The translations under genes and the position numbers were made by a program. Shown in pieces: positions 13,861-23,591 of a stretch of DNA of 64,000 nt. The notes under the pieces were generated by a model. The model did no database searches. It was given only the letters and a program-made list of their open reading frames with translations, and was not told where the DNA came from. Source of the DNA: Candidatus Omnitrophota bacterium (GTDB lineage: Bacteria; Omnitrophota; Gorgyraeia; Gorgyraeales; Gorgyraeaceae). The stretch covers positions 20,126 to 84,125 of the forward strand of contig JBDRJN010000032.1 in assembly GCA_043814965.1 (NCBI GenBank), given 5' to 3'. The stretch's first letter is position 1, and each line of letters begins with the position of its first letter.

Positions 13861-15327
13861 TCACATGACTGGTAAATTGCTCTCACCCATAAGATACTTG
13901 TCGATCGAATGAGCAGAACGCCTGCCTTCTGAAATAGCCCATACTACCAATGACTGTCCGCGATGCATATCTCCCGCGGAAAATATCTTATCAACCGATG
14001 TCATATAATTTGCATCTGTTGCTACATTCCCCGATCTATCCAATTGCACTTTTAGATCCGAAAGCAGGCCCTCTCTTTCAGGATGTAAAAAACCTACTGC
14101 GAGTATTACCAGATCTGCTTGTATCTCGAACTCGCTTCCCTGTATCTCTTTCATCACAGGGCAAATATTGCCACTCTCTTTTGTAAACTCCACTTCCATA
14201 CAAGAAAGTTTTTTTATACGGCCTTTATCTCCTATGAAACGCTTTGTAAGGACAGCCCAGCGACGGTCCGCTCCCTCTATGTGGCTGGACGATGTTTTTA
14301 ATAAAAGCGGGTAGGTTGGCCATAGGCAATCATGGCTGCGGCATTCTAAAGGCTTAGGCATGACCTCTATCTGCACAACGCATTTGGCGCTTTGTCTATT
14401 AGCAGTACCTACACAGTCTGAACCTGTATCGCCTCCTCCTATAATAACAACTTTTTTATCTTTTGCATCTATAATCTCATCTACCTGTATTTTTTCGCCC
14501 GATACTCTCTTATTCGCCTGACAAAGATAATCCATTGCAAAATATATGCCCTCAAGATCTCTTCCTTCTATCTTGAGGTCCCTCGGGACTCTCGAGCCTC
14601 CTGCAAGACATATCGCATCAAATTCATCTAAGAGCTTGCTAGCAGGATATCCTTTCCCTGCTTCTACGCCAGTTTTAAAAATAACCCCTTCTTTTTCCCA
14701 TATATCAATACGTCTATCTATAAGGTATTTTTCGAGTTTAAAATCTGGTATACCATAACGCAATATACCGCCTATCTTTTTATCCTTCTCAAAAACAGTC
14801 ACGCTGTGGCCCGCTTTATTAAGCTGCGCTGCGCATGATAAACCCGCAGGGCCTGAACCTATAACAGCTACTTTTTTGCCGGTCTTATATTTTATCTTAT
14901 TTGGTTTTATAAATCCTTTTTTAAAACCTGTCTCTATAAGTGCTAGTTCATTCTCGCGGATAGTAACAGCATCGCTGGTTAAGCCCAGCACGCACGCATA
15001 TTCACATAGCGCAGGGCATACTCTGCCTGTTATCTCTGGAAGATTATTTGTAGCATCCAAAAGCTGTAATGCCTTTTGCCATTTACCATGGAACATGTAA
15101 TCATTCCATTCCGGTATATAATTTCCTATCGGGCAGCTAGAATGGCAGAATGGTGTAGCGCAGTCCATACAGCGCGAGGCCTGTTCCATTGACTCTTCTT
15201 CAGGCCGCAGCCTACAGACATCCTTGAAATCCTTGATACGTTCACAGACTTCCCTGTGCTCTCCACTTTTTCTCGCAATCTTTAAAAAACCCCTGAAATC
15301 ACCCATCATATTCCTCCGTAAGATCAA
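13861..15327 (-). CDS. gltD: Glutamate synthase (NADPH) small subunit
   Basis: 488 aa. 4Fe-4S Cys cluster near the N-terminus and a dinucleotide-binding VAVIGSGPAGL motif. It overlaps the gltB stop. Confidence 0.9.
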   Translation of the reverse strand: MILRRNMMGDFRGFLKIARKSGEHREVCERIKDFKDVCRLRPEEESMEQASRCMDCATPFCHSSCPIGNYIPEWNDYMFHGKWQKALQLLDATNNLPEITGRVCPALCEYACVLGLTSDAVTIRENELALIETGFKKGFIKPNKIKYKTGKKVAVIGSGPAGLSCAAQLNKAGHSVTVFEKDKKIGGILRYGIPDFKLEKYLIDRRIDIWEKEGVIFKTGVEAGKGYPASKLLDEFDAICLAGGSRVPRDLKIEGRDLEGIYFAMDYLCQANKRVSGEKIQVDEIIDAKDKKVVIIGGGDTGSDCVGTANRQSAKCVVQIEVMPKPLECRSHDCLWPTYPLLLKTSSSHIEGADRRWAVLTKRFIGDKGRIKKLSCMEVEFTKESGNICPVMKEIQGSEFEIQADLVILAVGFLHPEREGLLSDLKVQLDRSGNVATDANYMTSVDKIFSAGDMHRGQSLVVWAISEGRRSAHSIDKYLMGESNLPVM

Positions 15328-18300
15328 GACTTTCTTCTATCTTTATGCCTTCAAGGATGCGTTTATATTCTATAGGTATGACTTTGACGAACTTTTTAAG
15401 TTCTTCGTGCATGGAATTTATTATTTTTTTTGCTTTATCGCTTTTTGTGTATTTAAAATGATTATGAAGGAGATGATAAACAGTATCCTTATCTTCATCT
15501 TTTACCTTTTCCAGCTCAACCATGTCTGTGTTGCATCTCTCTTTGAAATTCCCATCTTCGTCATATACATAAGCTATGCCGCCGGACATTCCTGCTGCAA
15601 AGTTTCTACCTGTCTTTCCAAGTATGATTATCCTTCCTCCTGTCATATATTCACAGCCATGGTCCCCTACGCCTTCTACTACAGCATAAAGACCTGAGTT
15701 TCTTATGCAGAATCTCTCTCCTGCCATTCCCCTGATATAGGCTTCTCCGGATATGGCCCCATAAAAAGTAGTGTTGCCTATGATAACATTCTCATCGCTT
15801 TCATATTGAGACCTTTTGTCCGGGTACACGATTATTTTCCCTCCTGAGATACCTTTTCCCACATAGTCATTCGTCATGCCCTCTAGTTCAAATGTAACTC
15901 CTTTTGCAAGAAATGCACCAAAACTTTGTCCAGCTATTCCCCTGAATTTACACACTACAGTATCTTCCAAGAGCACACCATCACCGCACCTCCTACAAAT
16001 CTCTCCGGAAAGCATCGCGCCTACGGCTCTGTTGGTATTATTTATCTCTGCCAAAATACTGACTGGTTCATTTTTTTCTAAAGAATCCTTGCATTTCCTG
16101 ATAAGTTCTCTATCTAGGGATGCTTCAAGCCCTATTTCTTGTCCAGGTTGATAGCGCCTCCCTATATATTCTGGAAGATCAGGCTTATAAAGGATCCTGG
16201 AATAATCTATTCCCTTTGCTTTCAAGGGCACAATATCTTTATTTACATCAAGAAGCTCTACTCTGCCTATCATCTCGTCTATAGTCCTTACGCCTAACCT
16301 TGCCATTGTCTCGCGAAGTTCCTGCGCTACAAAATTAAAATAGTTCACTATATATTCCGGCCTTCCCTTGAAATTTTTCTGTAAAATACTGTCCTGCGTA
16401 GCGACTCCTACTGAACAGTTGTTCAGATGGCAATGCCTCAGCATGACACATCCGCTTACAACAAGCACAGCAGTACAAAAACCATATTCCTCTGCTCCTA
16501 ATATTGCTGCGATCGCTACGTCCCGGCCTGTTCTTATCTGGCCGTCTGTCTGTATCCTGACCCTTGAACGCAAGTTATTAAGTACAAGTGTCTGGTGAGT
16601 TTCGGAAAGCCCCAATTCCCAAGGAAGCCCTGCGTATCTTATAGAACTTCTTGGAGATGCGCCTGTACCGCCGTCTCCACCTGATATAAGGATCATATCA
16701 GCATGGCCTTTTGCTACACCCGCCGCAACTGTCCCAACTCCTACTTCAGAGACAAGTTTTACGCTTATACGCGCTTTTGGATTTGCATTCTTCAGGTCAA
16801 ATATGAGCTGCGCAAGGTCTTCTATAGAATATATATCATGATGCGGCGGCGGAGAAATAAGAGTAACTCCAGGGGTTGTATACCTTGTTTGCGCGATAAC
16901 TTCACTTACTTTATGTCCTGGCAGCTGGCCGCCTTCCCCAGGCTTTGCGCCCTGCGCGATCTTTATCTGTATCTCATCTGCATTGACAAGATAGTTTATA
17001 GTGACCCCAAACCTTCCGGAGGCAACTTGCTTTATAGCGCTTCGCCTCGAGTCTCCGTTTGGTAAAGTTATAAACCTGTTGGGGTCTTCCCCTCCTTCAC
17101 CAGTATTGGATTTTCCTCCGATCCTATTCATGGCTATAGCGATCGTCTCATGCGCAGGCCTTGAGATAGAGCCAAAACTCATAGCCCCTGTTGCAAAGCG
17201 TCTCATTATGCTCTTTACTGGCTCGACTTCTTCGATAGGAACAGGACTTGTTTCCTTGAACTTCAATAAGCTTCTTAAGGTCGTAGGATTGTTTGATTGA
17301 TCGTTTATCATCCGCGCGAACTCTTTATATTTATTATAATCATTATTTCGCGTTGAATCCTGTAAGCTCGCTATAGTCTTAGGATTCCAGAGATGGAACT
17401 CCCCATCCTTTTTCCATTGATATACCCCTCCGCTTGTTAGGTAAGGGGTATCTACGCCTCTTTCAGAATAAGCGTGGTCATATCTTTTTATAGTCTCTTC
17501 TGCTATCCCTTCAAGCCCAACCCCTCCGATCCTAGAAACAGTGCCTGTAAAATATTTATCTATGATAGACTCGTTCAGGCCTAGGGCCTCGAATATCTGA
17601 GCGCCTCTATAACTTCTAAGAGTAGATATGCCCATCTTGGAAAGTATCTTTAATATGCCTTCTCTTATCGCCTTATTGTAATTCTTAAGGGCCTTTTGTA
17701 TATCCAAAGAAAGCTCTTTTTCTGTTATTAGATATTCTATTGCTTCATATGCAAGATACGGATTTACACAACCTGCGCCATAGCCAAAAAGCAAAGCAAA
17801 ATGGTGCACCTCTCTTGGTTCCGCGCTCTCGACTATTAGCGCAACCTGTGAGCGTATGGTCTGCCTCACTAGATGTTGGTGAACAGCGCTTGTAGCTAAA
17901 AGCGCTGGAAGAGCAATATTGTCTTTATCGCTCCCCCGGTCACTCAATATTATAAAAGAATAGCCTTTTTCAATAGCATATTCTGCCTCAAAACATATCC
18001 TTTCAAGCACCTTTACAAATCCTTCCTTACCGCTCTTTGCATCAAAAAAAGTATAGATAGTCTTTGTCTTAAAACCATTTATGCTGATATCGCGTATCTT
18101 CTCAAGCTCTCCATCGGTCAATATAGGATTTCTTACCCTGATCTTATGGCTATGCTCTGGGGTTTCTTCTAAGATGTTTTTCTCCGGGCCTATAAAGCTC
18201 TCCAGGCTCATGACAAGTTTTTCTCTTATAGAATCTATGGCTGGATTTGTCACTTGCGCAAACAGCTGTTTAAAATAATTATAGAGCATCTGCGGTTGTT

Positions 18301-19840
18301 CTGACAAAAAGGCATGAGGAGTGTCATTGCCCATACTACCTACGGGCTCTTTGCCATCCTCTGCCATAGGCTTTAATATCAACTTAAGGTCTTCTCTGGA
18401 ATAACCAAATGCCTTGAGACTGCGGATTATGTCCTCGGATCTTTGTTTGTTAGTCCCGCTAGCCATAAGTTTATCAAGGTCTACCATGCTCTTGGTGTTC
18501 CATTCACCGTATGGACATTGTAAAGACACCCTCTTTTTTATTTCAGGATCATGTACTATAGAACCTAATTCAGTATCTATAAAAAATATCTTTCCTGGTT
18601 CCAGCCTCCCTGAAACCTTGATATCCGAAGGGTCTATGCCAAGAACCCCTACCTCTGATGCCATAACTACAAAATCATTTTTAGTCACTATATAGCGCGC
18701 AGGGCGCAGGCCATTTCTGTCCAAGACAGCTCCTATATTCTTTCCATCCGTAAATGCTATCGCAGCTGGCCCATCCCAGGGTTCTGCAAAACATGCATGA
18801 TATGTATAAAAATCCTTGAGTTCTTTTGTCATAAGGTTGTTATGCTCCCAGGCTTCAGGGATAAGCATCATCATAGAACTTTCAAGAGACCTGCCTGAAA
18901 GGACCAGAAGTTCAAAAAAATTATCTATTGCGGCAGAATCGCTTCCGCCTTCAACAATAACTGGTTTTATCTTTTCTATGTCTGTAGCGAATAAACCGCT
19001 TGCAAGCAACCGTTCTCTTGCGCTTACCCAATTGATATTGCCTCTTATAGTATTTATCTCTCCATTATGGGCTAAAAATCTAAAAGGCTGCGCCAGGTCC
19101 CAGGTAGGAAAAGTATTAGTGCTGTAACGTGAATGCACCAGGCATAAGGCGCTCTTTATATTTTTATCCTTGAGGTCCAGGAAAAAATTCTCAAGCTGGG
19201 TAGGCATAAGCAGCCCCTTATAAGAAAATGTACGGCTGGATATATTGGTAATATAGAAAGCTCTCTTTTCCTCTAAGCTGGAGTTACGAATAGCATTATC
19301 AACTTGTTTTCTTATTAGATACAGCCTTCTCTCAAAGCTTAATGCATCCTCTTTGGTCATGATCTTTTTATTGCTTCCTATAAATATCTGTTCAAATACC
19401 GGCTGAGCGTCTCTTGCAGTCTTGCCGATATCAGAATTGTCTATAGGTACTGTACGCCACCCCAATAAAACCTGGCCTTCTTCTTTTATGATATTCTCGA
19501 AAACCTCCTTACAGAATTTTCGCTCTTTATCTTTCTGTGGCAAAAATATTAGGCCAGTTCCATATGAACCCTCTAGCGGTAGATCAATCTTGGCTTCTTT
19601 CGCTGCCCTTATAAAAAACTCATGAGGTATTTGTATTAATATACCGGCGCCATCGCCTGTTTTTGGATCTGCCCCTACTGCCCCGCGATGAGACAACCGC
19701 CTTAATACCTCTATACCCTGCTTTACAATAGAATTCGATCTTTCTCCTTTAATATTGCAGACAAACCCCACCCCGCAGCTATCTTTTTCAAATTGCGGAT
19801 CATACAGTCCTTGTTTTTCTGAAAAATAAGGTTGCCTCAT
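15299..19840 (-). CDS. gltB: Glutamate synthase large subunit
   Basis: 1513 aa. N-terminal Cys amidotransferase (CGVGF), a central FMN domain, and a C-terminal GXXG repeat domain. Confidence 0.95.
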   Translation of the reverse strand: MRQPYFSEKQGLYDPQFEKDSCGVGFVCNIKGERSNSIVKQGIEVLRRLSHRGAVGADPKTGDGAGILIQIPHEFFIRAAKEAKIDLPLEGSYGTGLIFLPQKDKERKFCKEVFENIIKEEGQVLLGWRTVPIDNSDIGKTARDAQPVFEQIFIGSNKKIMTKEDALSFERRLYLIRKQVDNAIRNSSLEEKRAFYITNISSRTFSYKGLLMPTQLENFFLDLKDKNIKSALCLVHSRYSTNTFPTWDLAQPFRFLAHNGEINTIRGNINWVSARERLLASGLFATDIEKIKPVIVEGGSDSAAIDNFFELLVLSGRSLESSMMMLIPEAWEHNNLMTKELKDFYTYHACFAEPWDGPAAIAFTDGKNIGAVLDRNGLRPARYIVTKNDFVVMASEVGVLGIDPSDIKVSGRLEPGKIFFIDTELGSIVHDPEIKKRVSLQCPYGEWNTKSMVDLDKLMASGTNKQRSEDIIRSLKAFGYSREDLKLILKPMAEDGKEPVGSMGNDTPHAFLSEQPQMLYNYFKQLFAQVTNPAIDSIREKLVMSLESFIGPEKNILEETPEHSHKIRVRNPILTDGELEKIRDISINGFKTKTIYTFFDAKSGKEGFVKVLERICFEAEYAIEKGYSFIILSDRGSDKDNIALPALLATSAVHQHLVRQTIRSQVALIVESAEPREVHHFALLFGYGAGCVNPYLAYEAIEYLITEKELSLDIQKALKNYNKAIREGILKILSKMGISTLRSYRGAQIFEALGLNESIIDKYFTGTVSRIGGVGLEGIAEETIKRYDHAYSERGVDTPYLTSGGVYQWKKDGEFHLWNPKTIASLQDSTRNNDYNKYKEFARMINDQSNNPTTLRSLLKFKETSPVPIEEVEPVKSIMRRFATGAMSFGSISRPAHETIAIAMNRIGGKSNTGEGGEDPNRFITLPNGDSRRSAIKQVASGRFGVTINYLVNADEIQIKIAQGAKPGEGGQLPGHKVSEVIAQTRYTTPGVTLISPPPHHDIYSIEDLAQLIFDLKNANPKARISVKLVSEVGVGTVAAGVAKGHADMILISGGDGGTGASPRSSIRYAGLPWELGLSETHQTLVLNNLRSRVRIQTDGQIRTGRDVAIAAILGAEEYGFCTAVLVVSGCVMLRHCHLNNCSVGVATQDSILQKNFKGRPEYIVNYFNFVAQELRETMARLGVRTIDEMIGRVELLDVNKDIVPLKAKGIDYSRILYKPDLPEYIGRRYQPGQEIGLEASLDRELIRKCKDSLEKNEPVSILAEINNTNRAVGAMLSGEICRRCGDGVLLEDTVVCKFRGIAGQSFGAFLAKGVTFELEGMTNDYVGKGISGGKIIVYPDKRSQYESDENVIIGNTTFYGAISGEAYIRGMAGERFCIRNSGLYAVVEGVGDHGCEYMTGGRIIILGKTGRNFAAGMSGGIAYVYDEDGNFKERCNTDMVELEKVKDEDKDTVYHLLHNHFKYTKSDKAKKIINSMHEELKKFVKVIPIEYKRILEGIKIEESLDLTEEYDG

Positions 19841-20064
19841 ATCTTGAATTTCTCCGAATCTATACCCAATCTTCTAACTTTATTATAAAGGGTATTTCTA
19901 TGGATACCCAGCATTTTCGCTGCTATTATCTTGTTGCCAAAAGACCTCTTTAGCGCTTTTTCAATAAGCATCTTTTCCATGCCCCCTATTACAACCGAAT
20001 AGATATGGCCTTTATGGATCATTATGAAATCATCATCTATGTTATCAATATCTTTACTCATCAT
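19837..20064 (-). CDS. Small stand-alone Fis-type (NtrC C-terminal-like) HTH DNA-binding protein
   Basis: 75 aa. IEKALKRSFGNKIIAAKMLGIHRNTLYNKVRRLGI matches the Fis / NtrC HTH_8 signature. A 4-nt ATGA overlap with gltB indicates translational coupling. Confidence 0.65.
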   Translation of the reverse strand: MMSKDIDNIDDDFIMIHKGHIYSVVIGGMEKMLIEKALKRSFGNKIIAAKMLGIHRNTLYNKVRRLGIDSEKFKI

Positions 20065-20087
20065 TCCAGTGCTATTCTGCCTAAATC

Positions 20088-20141
20088 TTATGCAGTATTT
20101 TTTAAAAAATTTTAATCATTATTGCAGGGGAGGGGTATCCC
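20088..20141 (-). terminator. Rho-independent terminator downstream of glnA1
   Basis: Perfect 13-bp GC-rich stem (TTGCAGGGGAGGG / CCCTCCCCTGCAA, loop GTAT), followed on the minus strand by a U-rich tract. Confidence 0.55.
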
Positions 20142-20165
20142 TCCCCTGCAATATACTGATCTTGA

Positions 20166-21494
20166 TCAAAGGATCGATAGATATTTATCCAATTCGTACT
20201 GAGGTACCTGTATCCTGTAACTATCCCATTCCTTTTTCTTCAGCTCTATGAATCTCGGGAAAATATGTGCCCCAAGGGTCTTTTTAACTAATTCACTTCC
20301 TTCTGTAATATTAATAGCCTGGCCTAAGTTATCAGGTAAGGTCTCTATACCTTGCGCCTTTCTTTCATTGTCGCTTAGATGATATAGATTGCCTTCCATT
20401 GCACCAGGGCATTTATAGCCTTTCTCTATCCCCTCTAATCCTGCATGAAGCATTGCTGCAAATGTGAGATATGGGTTACATGCTGGGTCACATGCCCTGA
20501 ATTCACACCTTGTAGCCTTTTCCATACCAGGATGATATAAAGGGACTCTGACAAGGGCTGATCTATTTCTGCGAGACCACGCGACATATACAGGCGCTTC
20601 GTAACCAGGCACAAGTCTCTTGTAAGAATTTGTAGTTTGAGCAAATATAGAACAGATCTCTTTTGAATGTTTTAATAGGCCTGCTATGTATGAACGCGCT
20701 GTATCAGACAGGTTATCCTTTGTGCTTTTATCAAAAAATGCGTTCTTCTCACCTTTAAATAGTGACTGGTGAGTGTGCATACCTGAACCATTCTGTCCAA
20801 ATATAGGTTTAGGCATAAAAGTAGCGTACACCCCGAATTTGCTGGCGATCTCTTTTACTGCTATTCTATAGGTGATGACATTATCTGCCATCTTTAATGC
20901 GTCATCATATCTCATATCGACTTCATGTTGACTTGGCGCAACTTCATGATGAGAATACTCTATCTTGATGCCCATCTTCTCTAAAGCCAATACCGTCTCT
21001 CTTCTTAAGTCACTTGCTACATCCAAGGTCGTAAGGTCAAAATATCCACCTTTATCAAGTATCTCTGTGCCCTTATCATCCTTAAAATAGAAAAACTCCA
21101 GTTCCGGGCCTAGATAAAAATGATCGTATCCCATATCAGATGCTCTTTTTAGGGCCTTTTTCAAAACATACCTTGGGTCACCTTCATAAGGCTGTTTATC
21201 TGGTGTCAAAACATCACAGATCATTCTTGCGACAGCCTTTTCGCTCGGCCTCCATGGAAGCAGGCAAAAAGTGTCAGGATCAGGGAGAGCTATCATGTCG
21301 CTTTCTTCAATATCCTGGTATCCTGTGATAGATGAACCGTCGAATCCCATACCATTTTCCAAAGCGCCTTCCAGCTCAGAATCAGTTATAGAAAAACTCT
21401 TCACCTGGCCCAATAGATCCGTAAACCAAAGCCTGATGAATTTTACATCCTTTTCCTTAACAAGCTTTATTATATCCTTCTTTGTCATACCCAT
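20166..21494 (-). CDS. glnA: Glutamine synthetase type I. The probable start is MGMTKKDII.
   Basis: GS signatures: GFDGSSI, SHHEVAPSQHE, NGSGMHTHQS and NSYKRL, plus a candidate adenylylation Tyr (NLYHL). The track start at 21530 lies inside the leader hairpin. An AAAGGGG SD sequence precedes the ATG at ~21494. Confidence 0.9.
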   Translation of the reverse strand: MGMTKKDIIKLVKEKDVKFIRLWFTDLLGQVKSFSITDSELEGALENGMGFDGSSITGYQDIEESDMIALPDPDTFCLLPWRPSEKAVARMICDVLTPDKQPYEGDPRYVLKKALKRASDMGYDHFYLGPELEFFYFKDDKGTEILDKGGYFDLTTLDVASDLRRETVLALEKMGIKIEYSHHEVAPSQHEVDMRYDDALKMADNVITYRIAVKEIASKFGVYATFMPKPIFGQNGSGMHTHQSLFKGEKNAFFDKSTKDNLSDTARSYIAGLLKHSKEICSIFAQTTNSYKRLVPGYEAPVYVAWSRRNRSALVRVPLYHPGMEKATRCEFRACDPACNPYLTFAAMLHAGLEGIEKGYKCPGAMEGNLYHLSDNERKAQGIETLPDNLGQAINITEGSELVKKTLGAHIFPRFIELKKKEWDSYRIQVPQYELDKYLSIL

Positions 21495-21527
21495 TTTTAC
21501 CCCTTTCTCGGTTTTTTGCCTCGTATT

Positions 21528-21676
21528 CATTAAGTAGAAAAGACGTTCCTATAGCGCTTGTCCTAGCTATAAGAACGTCTTTGTTCTATCTGGGTGATTA
21601 ACACAAACTTTGTGCTTATCTACCTATACTGGTAGCCTTCATATATACAAGTAAAAAAAGAGTGCTTTTGGTAACT
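21528..21676 (-). promoter_or_regulatory. Conserved nitrogen-regulon leader module, copy E1. Upstream of glnA1.
   Basis: On the gene strand the module contains, in order: AGTTACCAA, then 12 nt, then TTTTTACTTGTATA. Next come the palindrome GCACAAAGTTTGTGT and the hairpin AGAAC-AAAGAC-GTTCT. A 9-bp stem follows (AAGACGTTC...GAACGTCTT, enclosing TATAGC...GCTATA) with UUUUCUACUU after it, ~35 nt before the ATG. Confidence 0.55.
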
Positions 21677-21760
21677 TATTTTTTATCTAAAAGAGTCTAA
21701 AAGTAGACGTTCTATCCGAGTACACCCTACAGCACAATGATTAACGAATTAATATAACTA

Positions 21761-22102
21761 TTATCCTATTGCCTCACCGCCTCTTTCTCCTGTGCGGATC
21801 CTGATGCATTCATTGAGATCATATACAGCTATTTTCCCGTCGCCAATATTGCCAGTCCTAGCTCCTTTGATAACCGCACTTATAGTAGGCTCGACGAAAT
21901 CATCATTTACAAGTATCTCCAGCTTGATCTTGGGAATCAGGTTTACCTTATAGATCTTTCCTCTGTAAGATTCAGTATAACCTCTTTGCTGACCGCAGCC
22001 TTTTACTCTGCTTACTGTCATCTTAAATACCTCGGCCTTGAATAGTTCAGCTTTAACCGCATCCAGTTTTTCTGGCTGTATGATCGCTTCTATTTTTTTC
22101 AT
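21761..22102 (-). CDS. glnB: Nitrogen regulatory protein P-II
   Basis: 113 aa with a T-loop ([12 protein letters not shown]) and the GlnB signature. Confidence 0.9.
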   Translation of the reverse strand: MKKIEAIIQPEKLDAVKAELFKAEVFKMTVSRVKGCGQQRGYTESYRGKIYKVNLIPKIKLEILVNDDFVEPTISAVIKGARTGNIGDGKIAVYDLNECIRIRTGERGGEAIG

Positions 22103-22115
22103 TTACTGCCTCCTA

Positions 22116-23351
22116 TTATAAAGACTCCTCAGGATATGCCTCTATCTTGTGAATAGACAGATCCGCTCCTATTAATTCAGAGTGTTCATCAAGTCTTATA
22201 CCAAAAGTCTTCTTAAGTATAAAATAAACCAGGCTTCCGCCTATAAGCGCAAACACGATTGCAGCCAGTGACCCTATCAGCTGCGCTGATAAACTCACGC
22301 CTCCGAGCCCTCCGAGTATCTTCTTGCCGAAAATACCGCAAGCAACTCCACCCCAAGTTCCAGCAACTCCGTGAAGAGGCCAGACCCCCAATACATCATC
22401 TATTTTCAATTTCTCAGTCTCTGTCTGAAAAAGTACTACAAATATCACAGCAGCTACTGCTCCTGTAACTAGCGCGCCCATTGGATGCATCACATCCGAA
22501 CCAGAACAAATAGCTATCAGTCCTGCAAGCGCTCCATTATGTATGAACGTAACGTCGTTCTTAGACACGATCAAAGCTGCTATTATCCCTCCTACCATAG
22601 CCATAAGCGAATTGATAGCTACCAATCCGGAAATATTCTCTAATCTTCCTGCGCTCATCACGTTAAAGCCGAACCATCCTATACAAAGCAGCCAACTTCC
22701 AAGAGCCAGAAAAGGTATATTGCTGACTTTTATAGGCTGCGACTCGCCATTTTCATATCTCTTAAGGCGAGAACCCAATATTATGATAGCAGGCAGCGCC
22801 AACCATCCTCCCATAGAATGAACAACTACAGAGCCAGCATAGTCATGAAATGGTATACCCCCTGTAAAATTAGCCAGCCACGAACCAGCCTGGCCCAAAA
22901 GCAGATTTTTACCCCACACCAATGATTCGAAAAACGGATAGACCGACCCTACAAAGATCCCTCCTGCCAGAGCCTGGGTCCAAAACTTGGCCCTTTCAGC
23001 TATCCCTCCTGAAATAATAGCAGGGATGCACGCTGCAAAAGTCAAAAGAAAGAAAAAGTGCACTATATCAAAACCCTGGTTGGGGCCTAATAATTCAGAT
23101 GCTGGCTTCAAAAAACTTATCCCATAGGCGATCGGAAAGCCTATGATAAAATATATGACCGTGGAAAACGCCCAGTCAGTGATTATCTTCACCAATGCAT
23201 TCACCTGGTTCTTTTTCCTCACTGACCCTACTTCCAAAAAAGCAAAACCCGCGTGCATAGAGAAAACAAACATCGCTCCCAAAAGTAAAAATAAGATATT
23301 ACTGCTGGCAAGCAACTTTTCAAGGCTTATCGACAACATCTGCATATTCAT
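22116..23351 (-). CDS. amt: Ammonium transporter
   Basis: 411 aa Amt/MEP family protein with multiple TM helices. It lies immediately upstream of glnB. Confidence 0.9.
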   Translation of the reverse strand: MNMQMLSISLEKLLASSNILFLLLGAMFVFSMHAGFAFLEVGSVRKKNQVNALVKIITDWAFSTVIYFIIGFPIAYGISFLKPASELLGPNQGFDIVHFFFLLTFAACIPAIISGGIAERAKFWTQALAGGIFVGSVYPFFESLVWGKNLLLGQAGSWLANFTGGIPFHDYAGSVVVHSMGGWLALPAIIILGSRLKRYENGESQPIKVSNIPFLALGSWLLCIGWFGFNVMSAGRLENISGLVAINSLMAMVGGIIAALIVSKNDVTFIHNGALAGLIAICSGSDVMHPMGALVTGAVAAVIFVVLFQTETEKLKIDDVLGVWPLHGVAGTWGGVACGIFGKKILGGLGGVSLSAQLIGSLAAIVFALIGGSLVYFILKKTFGIRLDEHSELIGADLSIHKIEAYPEESL

Positions 23352-23357
23352 GCCTCC

Positions 23358-23497
23358 TTTTTACTAAAACAAAAGAGGCGTCCCTATAATTTTTTACAAC
23401 AATAAGAACGCCTTCGTTCTATTAGCCTTTACACAAACATTGTGCTTAGATACCTAATTACTTATATAAGTAAAAATAGAGGTAGCTTGGTAACTTA
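23358..23497 (-). promoter_or_regulatory. Conserved nitrogen-regulon leader module, copy E2. Upstream of amt1-glnB1.
   Basis: Blocks on the gene strand: AGTTACCAA, then 12 nt, then TTTTTACTTATATA. Next come the palindrome AGCACAATGTTTGTGT and the hairpin AGAACG-AAGG-CGTTCT. A stem AGGCGT...ACGCCT is followed by CUUUUGUUUU ahead of the start. Confidence 0.55.
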
Positions 23498-23591
23498 GGC
23501 CAAATCTTAATTGATAATTTATTGTTTAATCTTATATACCTGCGTAAAAGCATTATTCTAAGCTAGCCGGAAAATAGCTGATTAGAAAAAA

